A stretch of 64,000 bases of DNA, from positions 63,703 to 127,702 of the forward strand of contig CAZILW010000001.1 in the NCBI GenBank assembly GCA_964540285.1. The letters run 5' to 3'. The translations under genes and the position numbers were made by a program. Below the pieces are notes generated by a model. The model ran no database searches. It worked only from the letters and a program-made list of their open reading frames with translations, and had not been told where the DNA came from. Shown piece after piece: positions 56,732 through 64,000 of the stretch; the first letter of the stretch is position 1; each line of letters opens with the position of its first letter. Origin of the DNA: an uncultured Gammaproteobacteria bacterium. GTDB taxonomy: Bacteria; Patescibacteriota; Patescibacteriia; Patescibacteriales; UBA12465.

Positions 56732-57487
56732 TTATTCTTTTTTGCTTTTATTAAAACTTTCAAAAGCTTTAAGTATTTCAACTGGAGTTACAAAAACTAT
56801 AGTATTTGATTGATCAGATGATATATCATTTATTGACTGCAATGTTCTTAGATGCAATGCTCCATCAGAAGATGACAATATTCGAGCAGCATTAGACAAA
56901 TTCTCAGCAGCTGCTAACTCTCCCTGAGCATTAATAATAACGGCTCTCTTTTCTCTTTCAGCCTCTGCTTGCTTGGCAATAGTTCTCTCCATTGATTCTG
57001 GTAAAATTATATCTTTCAGTTCAACATTATTTACTTTTAAACCCCAAGCGTCTGTTTCCTTGTCAACTATTTCTCTTATTCTGTCGGCAATTTTATCACG
57101 ATTAGCCAAAAGTTCGTCCAAGGTTGTTTCTCCAACAATATTTCTCATGGTTGTTTGAGCATACTGAGAAATAGCATAATAAAAATTTTCAACCTCAATA
57201 ATAGCTTTAGATGAATCAGAAATTTTATAATATAAAACAGCATTAACTGTCACCGGAACATTGTCTCTGGTAATAGCTCTTTGGTCTGGAACGTCAACTG
57301 CCTTAATTCTAATATCAACTTTTTTAAAAGTTTGAAAAACTGGCCATAAAAACTTCCAACCAGGTGTCATAACCCCAGAAAATCGCCCCATTGTAAATTT
57401 AACACCTCTCTCGTATTGATTTATTTGTTTTAAGGAAGATAAGAAAAAAACAAAAACAAAAATTGAAAAAAAGATAAAAAAATTCAT
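56732..57487 (-). CDS. SPFH/Band-7 (stomatin/HflC-like) membrane protein
   Basis: N-terminal TM plus SPFH core and coiled-coil EAEREKRA region. Confidence 0.85.
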   Translation of the reverse strand: MNFFIFFSIFVFVFFLSSLKQINQYERGVKFTMGRFSGVMTPGWKFLWPVFQTFKKVDIRIKAVDVPDQRAITRDNVPVTVNAVLYYKISDSSKAIIEVENFYYAISQYAQTTMRNIVGETTLDELLANRDKIADRIREIVDKETDAWGLKVNNVELKDIILPESMERTIAKQAEAEREKRAVIINAQGELAAAENLSNAARILSSSDGALHLRTLQSINDISSDQSNTIVFVTPVEILKAFESFNKSKKE

Positions 57488-57566
57488 ATTTTTAAAATTT
57501 AAAAATAAATAAATCTAACATAAAAATATTAACATAAAAAAATAAAAAAACAAATAAATTTTATGA

Positions 57567-57595
57567 TTGACAAAAAGAGCTTTTTTTAGTAAAAT
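57567..57595 (+). promoter_or_regulatory. Sigma70-like promoter (TTGACA-17-TAAAAT)
   Basis: TTGACA 57567-57572, 17-nt spacer, TAAAAT 57590-57595, upstream of the plus-strand ORFs. Confidence 0.5.
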
Positions 57596-57619
57596 TTATT
57601 AAAATATTACAATAAAGAA

Positions 57620-57796
57620 ATGGATTTAGAAATAGAAAAAAAGATAGAGGAAATAAAAGTTGTCTATCAAGAATACACAAATCAAATAAAAAAATTAAAG
57701 CTTAGACAAGAAGGTATTGTTCTAAATTTTATAAAGTTAAAAGAAGAAGAGCATTTAAAAAAAATACGACAGGAAATAAAAAATAATTATCAATAA
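57620..57796 (+). CDS. Small hypothetical protein (58 aa)
   Basis: Short ORF MDLEIEKKIEEIKVVYQEYTNQIKKLKLRQEG... between the promoter and the 500-aa gene; not in the supplied ORF track. Confidence 0.3.
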   Translation: MDLEIEKKIEEIKVVYQEYTNQIKKLKLRQEGIVLNFIKLKEEEHLKKIRQEIKNNYQ

Positions 57797-57798
57797 AT

Positions 57799-59301
57799 AT
57801 GAAGAAGGAGATAATAAAAAAAGAAAACTCAGACCTAGAAATTATCGATTTAGCAGAAGAAAATATTGAAGAAAAAAACAATATTTTTGAAAAAGCTAAA
57901 AGGATAATAAACGAAACTAAAGAAAAAATAAACCAACAAAAAGAAGATAATAAAAAATCTTATGAAAAACTTCAAAGTGATTTGAAGAATTTTTTAGTTG
58001 CTATAGAGGGAACAAAAAGTATTTATAAAAAAGACCAACATGCTTTTCTAGAAAAACAAGAAAATTATCAACCTCTAAAAGAGATAAATGAAATACAAAA
58101 AGAAATTGACCTTCTAGTAAATGAATTAGAATTAAAAATAAATAAGATAGAAAATAAAATAAAACAACATCCAAGCCCAGAGGAAATTAAATCAAGGTTG
58201 GAAGTTAGAGATTCAAACCAAGAAGAGCAAGAAAGATTTTCAGAAAGAATACCAAGTCACCAAAAGGAAGCTCTCAAAATTTGCTCTAAAATATTTAATA
58301 AATGTCAATATCCTTGGTATCTAACTGGTTCTATAGCTTTTTTAATAAACGCCTCTGAAAGCAAAAAACAACCAGATGATATTGATATTATTTTTCATGA
58401 AAAAGATTTTGATGAAATGTCACAAGAATTTAAAGCATTAGGATTTGAGACAGGAATAGCAAAAAATACTGGTTGTCCCTTTATAAAAGGAAAAATTAAA
58501 ATTGAAGATGAAAATGGAGAAACAAAAGAAATTGAGGTAGAGGCCTTTGGACAAAAAACCGAAGAACCCAATGGTTTAATAAACCCAGGGGCAAAAAACA
58601 CTAAATATGAAATAATTAAAAATAAAGTATCTGAAAATGAACAAGAAGATTTTAATATTTTAGACAAATCTGGCCAGGTGGAATTATATTTTAAGAGCCT
58701 GGTAAACGAAATAAAAGGTTTTAATTTTGAAAGCTTTTTAGAAGAGGGTGGTGAAGCTGGAAATGAAAACAAATCCAAAAAATTTATCAACAGAATAGCT
58801 AATCTTTTTGAGTTAAATGATAACAACAAACTAGAAATAATAAAAAAAACAAGAGGGCTTTGTAAAAACGAAGAAGAGGTTTTATTACTAAGAAACTTTA
58901 TTGATATTAGCAAAAAGTTTAAAGAAGAAAAATACAAAGGAAAGGGTTTGGAAAATGTCTACAACGACGGTCATCTACAAATAGCCGTAGAAAATTTAAA
59001 AAAAGAAATCAGTCGAGAGCAGAAAATTCTAAAAGACAGCTATTTAGAAATATCAAATGAAATGAAAAAAGCCAGTCTAATGAACGAAAAAGAAAGACTA
59101 GATCTAATCAACAAAATAGACCAAGAGATTTATTCAAAAAAAGATATGATCGATAACTTCTTAAAAAACCACAAAGAAATAAATAGTGAAAACGAAGGAA
59201 ATAAAGATTTACCAATTTATATTTTTATCAGCAAGTTTAAAGAAAATTTTATAAATCCCTTTTGCGAAAAAATGGCTAACTTTAAAAAGGAATTAATTTA
59301 A
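57799..59301 (+). CDS. Lys/Glu-rich coiled-coil protein with possible minimal nucleotidyltransferase-fold core
   Basis: 500 aa. Central LTGSIAFLINASESKKQPDDIDIIF fits the hG[GS]-x(9-14)-DhDh NTase motif. Confidence 0.35.
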   Translation: MKKEIIKKENSDLEIIDLAEENIEEKNNIFEKAKRIINETKEKINQQKEDNKKSYEKLQSDLKNFLVAIEGTKSIYKKDQHAFLEKQENYQPLKEINEIQKEIDLLVNELELKINKIENKIKQHPSPEEIKSRLEVRDSNQEEQERFSERIPSHQKEALKICSKIFNKCQYPWYLTGSIAFLINASESKKQPDDIDIIFHEKDFDEMSQEFKALGFETGIAKNTGCPFIKGKIKIEDENGETKEIEVEAFGQKTEEPNGLINPGAKNTKYEIIKNKVSENEQEDFNILDKSGQVELYFKSLVNEIKGFNFESFLEEGGEAGNENKSKKFINRIANLFELNDNNKLEIIKKTRGLCKNEEEVLLLRNFIDISKKFKEEKYKGKGLENVYNDGHLQIAVENLKKEISREQKILKDSYLEISNEMKKASLMNEKERLDLINKIDQEIYSKKDMIDNFLKNHKEINSENEGNKDLPIYIFISKFKENFINPFCEKMANFKKELI

Positions 59302-59305
59302 TAAT

Positions 59306-59494
59306 ATGGAGGATTTAAAAATGGAAACAATTTTTTCCCCGGAAGAAATAAACAAATTGAATGAAAAAACAGATCCTAAGGATCTGGAAAAGTTTTTTTT
59401 GGAAATTTTTATCAAAAATGGTGACCCTGAAACAGAGGCTAAAGAAAGAGCCAGGGAATGGGCCCAAGAAATAAGCGGTAAAAAAATTGAATAA
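59306..59494 (+). CDS. Small hypothetical protein (62 aa)
   Basis: ORF immediately downstream of the 500-aa gene. Confidence 0.35.
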   Translation: MEDLKMETIFSPEEINKLNEKTDPKDLEKFFLEIFIKNGDPETEAKERAREWAQEISGKKIE

Positions 59495-59496
59495 TT

Positions 59497-60573
59497 CTAA
59501 AAAAACGATTTAACAATGGCAATCATTTCTTGGTTGCCATTTTTTATTACCCCAGAAGAATTAATAGATATTTTTTTTCTAAAATCTTCATCAAGTAAAA
59601 CACTTTTAATTTTTTGTAAAAATAAAGCGGGATTAAGACTTTTCTCCTCCAAAACAATGGCAGCATTTTTTTTCTCAAATTCTTGAGCATTATATTCTTG
59701 ATGAGAATTAGGCATGGGTATTAAAATGCTTGATTTTTCTAAGAAAGAAATCTCCGTTAAAGTTGAAAGTCCGCACCTAGAAATAACTAAATCAGAAACG
59801 AGCATTAATTTAATAAGCTCTTGATGTTCTAAAAAACCAACTTTAATATAGTTTTTTAGATCAAGCAGATCATTCAAATCACGACCCGCTTCTCCGCTAA
59901 TATGAAAAACATTACTCAATAAACTCAACTCTTTAACAGTAGAAAAAATTAAATTATTAATGAATAAAGAGCCAGTCCCACCGCCCAAAACAAGAACTAG
60001 GGGTAATTTACTGTTTAAACCATATTTATCATAAATATCATTCTTATTTATATTGTTAAAGCAGTTTAATTCAACTCCAATATTTCCTATCAATCTAGCT
60101 TTTTCACCGTAAGCCTTAACTGATTTTTCAAAAGTTATTGTTATTATTTTAGAAAATGGTGCCATTAATTTATTAGCTAAACCAGGAACAACATCTTGCT
60201 GATGAATTAAAACTGGAACCCTCAAAATCCAAGAAGCAAAAACCAAAGGAACAGAGACAAAGCCACCAGCGCTAATAACTAATCCAGGTTTTTCTTTTAA
60301 AATTAAAAACAATGCCTGCCAAAAAGCAATAAAAATTTTAAACAAATCAAAAAAATTTTTAAAAGAAAAATAACGCCTAAATTTTCCAGCAAAAATACTC
60401 TGGTATCTAATACCCTCCGGTTCAATTATTTTTTTCTCTATTCCCTTATAACTGCCTACAAATAAAAAATCGAAATCATTTTTTAAATTTCTATATATAA
60501 AAATCAAGGGAACAACGGGACCACCCGTCCCCCCACCACTTAAAATTATTTTATTTTTTTTATTTTTTAACAT
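59497..60573 (-). CDS. murG: UDP-GlcNAc:undecaprenyl-PP-MurNAc-pentapeptide GlcNAc transferase
   Basis: KIILSGGGTGGPVVP N-terminal G-loop and GT28 C-terminal domain. Confidence 0.85.
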   Translation of the reverse strand: MLKNKKNKIILSGGGTGGPVVPLIFIYRNLKNDFDFLFVGSYKGIEKKIIEPEGIRYQSIFAGKFRRYFSFKNFFDLFKIFIAFWQALFLILKEKPGLVISAGGFVSVPLVFASWILRVPVLIHQQDVVPGLANKLMAPFSKIITITFEKSVKAYGEKARLIGNIGVELNCFNNINKNDIYDKYGLNSKLPLVLVLGGGTGSLFINNLIFSTVKELSLLSNVFHISGEAGRDLNDLLDLKNYIKVGFLEHQELIKLMLVSDLVISRCGLSTLTEISFLEKSSILIPMPNSHQEYNAQEFEKKNAAIVLEEKSLNPALFLQKIKSVLLDEDFRKKISINSSGVIKNGNQEMIAIVKSFF

Positions 60574-61723
60574 AAAAACTATTCTTTTTATCGACTGCTT
60601 GACGACTAATATTAAGCAAAACCCCAAAAGCGGCTAATAAAATAGACAAAGATGTTCCTCCAGCACTTACAAAAGGCAAAGGAACGCCTGTCATTGGAAC
60701 CAAATTAATCATTCCAGCAATATTTAAAAAGGCCTGAAAAAATATCCAAACAGAAATACCAACAGCCAAAGACTGACCAAAAAGGTCTGGGGCTCGTCCG
60801 GCAATCTTCATACCCCTGATAAAAATAAAAAGGTAAATTAAAAGCAGTAAAACCGAACCGATAAAACCAATTTCCTCAGCAATTATAGGAAAAATTGAAT
60901 CCGCCCAAACCTCTGGCAAATAATTAAACTTCTGCCTGCTCTCACCCAAGCCCCTCCCCCACAAACCACCAGAGCCAACAGCAATTAATGACTGGTTAAC
61001 TTGGTAGCAAATATCTCTATCAAAACTTGGATCCTGTAAACATTTAACTCTATTTATTTGATATTCTTTTATTATGCCATTTTTATTTTCTGAATTCATG
61101 GAGTTAAAAACAAATAAAACGCCAATAACCATTATTAAAAATAAAACAAATAAATGACTAATATTGCCACCAGCAACCAAATAAACCATTAAAGCAACAA
61201 AAAATATAATTAAGAAAGTTCCTAAATCTGGTTGTTTTAAAATAAAGGCCCCAATAATTGTTAAAACTGTTAAAAAAGGAAAAATCCCAGTAGAAAATTT
61301 TTTTAAATCATCCTTTTTTGATTCTAACCAGCCCGATAAATAAAATAAAAAAAACAATTTAACGAACTCTGAAACCTGAAAAGATTTACCAAAAATAATT
61401 ATCCAACTATAAGATGTTCCATATTCATTTCTAAGACCTGGGACAAAAACCAACAGCAAAAGAATTACTGATAAAATTAAAAAAAGGAAAGAGTGTCTTT
61501 TTAAAAAATGATAATCAATTTTAAAGAAAACAAAAAACAAAAACAAACCAAGAACCAAACCAAAAAGCTGTCCTCTAACATAGTGATAAGGTTCTCCAAA
61601 GTTAGATTGTGAAATAGCTAGTGAAGCACTAAAAAGCATCACCAAACCAAAAACAACTAAAATAGGAATAATAAACAATAAATAGTTATCAACTGGTGCT
61701 TTTTTTTTATTTCCTATATTCAT
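60560..61723 (-). CDS. ftsW: SEDS-family lipid II flippase/polymerase FtsW
   Basis: SEDS C-terminal motif GSGGLWGRGLGESRQKFNYLPEVWADSIFPIIAEEIGFIG; lies between mraY and murG. Confidence 0.85.
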   Translation of the reverse strand: MNIGNKKKAPVDNYLLFIIPILVVFGLVMLFSASLAISQSNFGEPYHYVRGQLFGLVLGLFLFFVFFKIDYHFLKRHSFLFLILSVILLLLVFVPGLRNEYGTSYSWIIIFGKSFQVSEFVKLFFLFYLSGWLESKKDDLKKFSTGIFPFLTVLTIIGAFILKQPDLGTFLIIFFVALMVYLVAGGNISHLFVLFLIMVIGVLFVFNSMNSENKNGIIKEYQINRVKCLQDPSFDRDICYQVNQSLIAVGSGGLWGRGLGESRQKFNYLPEVWADSIFPIIAEEIGFIGSVLLLLIYLFIFIRGMKIAGRAPDLFGQSLAVGISVWIFFQAFLNIAGMINLVPMTGVPLPFVSAGGTSLSILLAAFGVLLNISRQAVDKKNSFYVKK

Positions 61724-61729
61724 AAAAAA

Positions 61730-62782
61730 TTAAAAAGAAAAACTTTTATCAAGCAAAAAAATCATTAAACCAACGGCAGCAACCACTGCTGAAATTAGCC
61801 AAAATCTCATAACAATTTTAGCCTCAGTCCAGCCACAAGCCTGAAGATGATGATGAATTGGGGCAGATAAAAAAACCTTCTTCTTTCTAATTTTTTTAGA
61901 AAGAATTTGAATAATAACTGATAATGATTCTAGTAAAAAAATAAAACCAATAAAAGGTAAAAGAAATACATTATTTGTTAGCAAGGCTATTATTCCTAAA
62001 GTAACTCCCAAGCTCATAGAGCCGGTATCCCCCATATAAAATCTAGCCGGAGGAATGTTGAACCATAAAAAAGCTAAAAGAGCTCCCACAATAACAGCAC
62101 AGAAGGTGGCCAAATCATATCTGCCCATAGCAAAAGATATAATTCCATAAGAAGCGTAAGAAACCAATAAAGTTCCACCAGCTAAACCATCAAGACCATC
62201 AGTTTCATTAACCGAAAAAGATGTGGCTACAATTATAAAAATAAATACAGGAATATACCACCAACCAATCTGAAAATAACCCAAAAAAGGAAGATGAATT
62301 AAAGCCCAGTCCAACTTAAAATAAAACCATAAAGCACCAAAAACAGCAATCATGGTATAAATCAATAATCGATGTTTCATTTTTAAACCTCCACCGCCAA
62401 AAACGCCTTTACCAGAAACATCTAACCAATCATCGAGCAAACCAATAAGAGCTGATGCCATAAGCGCCCCTAAAGGAAGTAATGTTTCTTTTTGAGATAA
62501 AAAATTAAGATGAGACAAAATGCTACCTGGAAAAATCAAACTCAAATAATAAAAGAAAAGAATAAGAAAAAATAAAGTACCCCAAATTAATATACCACCC
62601 ATAGTTGGAGTGCCAGCTTTATGAGCATGCAATTCACTAAAAACAGGAGTTGAGCCATTATTTCTTATTTTCTTGCCCAGTTTATTTTTATACAAAAAAT
62701 TAGTTAAAATTGGTGTCCACAAGACAGTAAAAATAAAAGCAAAAGTTGATAAAAATAAAATTTTAATTACATGAAATTCCAT
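61730..62782 (-). CDS. mraY: Phospho-N-acetylmuramoyl-pentapeptide transferase
   Basis: NETDGLDGLAGG and MGDTGSMSLG motifs. Confidence 0.9.
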   Translation of the reverse strand: MEFHVIKILFLSTFAFIFTVLWTPILTNFLYKNKLGKKIRNNGSTPVFSELHAHKAGTPTMGGILIWGTLFFLILFFYYLSLIFPGSILSHLNFLSQKETLLPLGALMASALIGLLDDWLDVSGKGVFGGGGLKMKHRLLIYTMIAVFGALWFYFKLDWALIHLPFLGYFQIGWWYIPVFIFIIVATSFSVNETDGLDGLAGGTLLVSYASYGIISFAMGRYDLATFCAVIVGALLAFLWFNIPPARFYMGDTGSMSLGVTLGIIALLTNNVFLLPFIGFIFLLESLSVIIQILSKKIRKKKVFLSAPIHHHLQACGWTEAKIVMRFWLISAVVAAVGLMIFLLDKSFSF

Positions 62783-62786
62783 AGAG

Positions 62787-63209
62787 CTATCTAAAATTAA
62801 TTAAATAAATAACTAGTATTGATAAAAACAAAAAAATTTGAGTTATTAAAAGAAAAATAGAACTAAAATAAAAGATAAAATTAAAATCAAAAATTTTCTT
62901 TCTAAAAAAGAATAATAAAAAAATATTATTAATTAAAATTAAAAACAAACTAACAGCTGGAATTATAAAAACATCATGCTTGTCGCCAATCAAATCAATT
63001 CCAACATCAACATTATAATGAAGTATTAATCTATTTTGAGTAACATTATCATAAATATAATAAGAAAAACCCCATAAAGAAATATTAAAAATCAAAAAAA
63101 CAAATAAAAAAAACTTAACCCTTAAGGGTCTGTAAAAATTATTCAAAAGAGATTTAAAACCGCTCAAAAGATTACTTGAGCTGTCGTATATTTTTATAAA
63201 TAAACTCAT
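62787..63209 (-). CDS. Hypothetical membrane protein (140 aa)
   Basis: Three to four hydrophobic helices; upstream of mraY. Confidence 0.4.
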   Translation of the reverse strand: MSLFIKIYDSSSNLLSGFKSLLNNFYRPLRVKFFLFVFLIFNISLWGFSYYIYDNVTQNRLILHYNVDVGIDLIGDKHDVFIIPAVSLFLILINNIFLLFFFRKKIFDFNFIFYFSSIFLLITQIFLFLSILVIYLINFR

Positions 63210-63304
63210 AACTATTGATACAAAATATCAAATTAAGTTTAGCATATTTTAAAAATAATATAAAATATGTTAAACTTTAAAAGAATTAGACATAAAATAA
63301 TAAT

Positions 63305-63976
63305 ATGAAAATCGCCTGCGTAATTCCAGCCTTCAATGAAGAAAAAAGTATTAGTCAAACAATTGAACAAGTAAAAGACTTAGTTGATTTAATAGTTGTT
63401 GTAGATGACAAATCAAGCGACAATACTAAAAAAATACTAAACAGTATAAACGAACAAAAATTAAAAAAAATTTATCATCCGATAAACCTAGGACAAGGAG
63501 CGGCGCTTCAAACTGGAAATGAGTATTGCTTAAAAAATGGTTTTGATGTAATTATTCATTTTGATGCTGATGGACAATTTTTGGCTAGCGATATCAACAA
63601 AATGATTAAACCAATAATAAACGAGGGGTATGATTTAGTTATCGGCTCAAGATTTTTAGGTATTGAATCTAATATTCCAAGTTTTAAGAAAAATATTATC
63701 ATGCCAATGGCTAAAATATTTAACATTCTATTTTTTGGCATTAAAACAAGTGATCCCCAAAATGGTTTTAGAGCCATGAGCAAAGAAACAGCTTTAAGAA
63801 TAAAAATAGAAAATGACAGAATGGCTCACTGCACCGAAATACTAGCCAAGGCTTTTAAATACAAATTAAAAATAAAAGAAGTTCCGATTAAAGTTATTTA
63901 TCATGAATTTGGTCAAAAATTTTCTGGAGGTTTAAAAATAATAAAAGATTTAATCTTAAAAAAAATAAGCGGATAA
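63305..63976 (+). CDS. Family-2 glycosyltransferase (dolichyl/polyprenyl-phosphate sugar transferase-like)
   Basis: MKIACVIPAFNEE ... VVDDKSSDNT ... DADGQ motifs. Confidence 0.85.
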   Translation: MKIACVIPAFNEEKSISQTIEQVKDLVDLIVVVDDKSSDNTKKILNSINEQKLKKIYHPINLGQGAALQTGNEYCLKNGFDVIIHFDADGQFLASDINKMIKPIINEGYDLVIGSRFLGIESNIPSFKKNIIMPMAKIFNILFFGIKTSDPQNGFRAMSKETALRIKIENDRMAHCTEILAKAFKYKLKIKEVPIKVIYHEFGQKFSGGLKIIKDLILKKISG

Positions 63977-64000
63977 TTAAATTTTAAAAAAACTAATAAA

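Noticed and set aside
1-64000. Mobile elements, prophage or integrase-bounded island
   Set aside because: No transposase, integrase or recombinase, no IS terminal inverted repeats and no tRNA-adjacent attachment site were found. The accessory genes appear as direct insertions without recognisable mobility genes.

Overview
This is a very AT-rich window (about 30% GC) with almost everything coded on the minus strand. Its gene content and order look like a Candidate Phyla Radiation (Patescibacteria/Parcubacteria-like) genome.

The core is a contiguous ribosomal super-operon: rpsL-rpsG-fusA ... tuf-rpsJ-rplCDWB-rpsS-rplV-rpsC-rplP-rpmC-rpsQ-rplNXE-rpsZ-rpsH-rplFR-rpsE-rplO-secY. Ribosomal protein L30 is absent between S5 and L15, and there is no adk/infA/rpmJ/rpsM/rpsK/rpsD/rpoA/rplQ after secY.

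Downstream run map-ruvX-recO, rpsB-tsf, a PSP1/YaaT gene and a gap-NuoF-like-[FeFe]-hydrogenase cluster. Further along are cell-wall genes (murB, murC, murG, ftsW, mraY), Fe-S assembly genes (nifS-iscU), thrS behind a candidate T-box leader, alaS, cca, a cyclophilin, ZIP, RodA and L25.

The accessory content that stands out is a set of five genes with type IV prepilin N-termini fused to large C-terminal cargo domains:
- Two carry FISUMP (Fibrobacter-succinogenes-major-paralogous) domains. One contains an ~870-bp perfectly identical internal tandem duplication. The second paralog, 30 kb away next to rpsL, shares a ~95%-identical 5' end.
- Two carry LamG/ConA-like lectin domains and sit inside the normally invariant str operon, between fusA and tuf.

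Other accessory features:
- A secreted S8 protease with FG-GAP repeats that also carries perfect 153-bp tandem repeats.
- A GC-rich cloverleaf-like structured element.
- A TTAGGATA palindromic array.
- A tandemly duplicated ~101-bp hairpin element between rpsG and fusA.
- A plus-strand island with a nucleotidyltransferase-like protein inserted in the dcw cluster.
- A pair of small paralogous plus-strand proteins.

No tRNA, rRNA, CRISPR, transposase or integrase was recognised.
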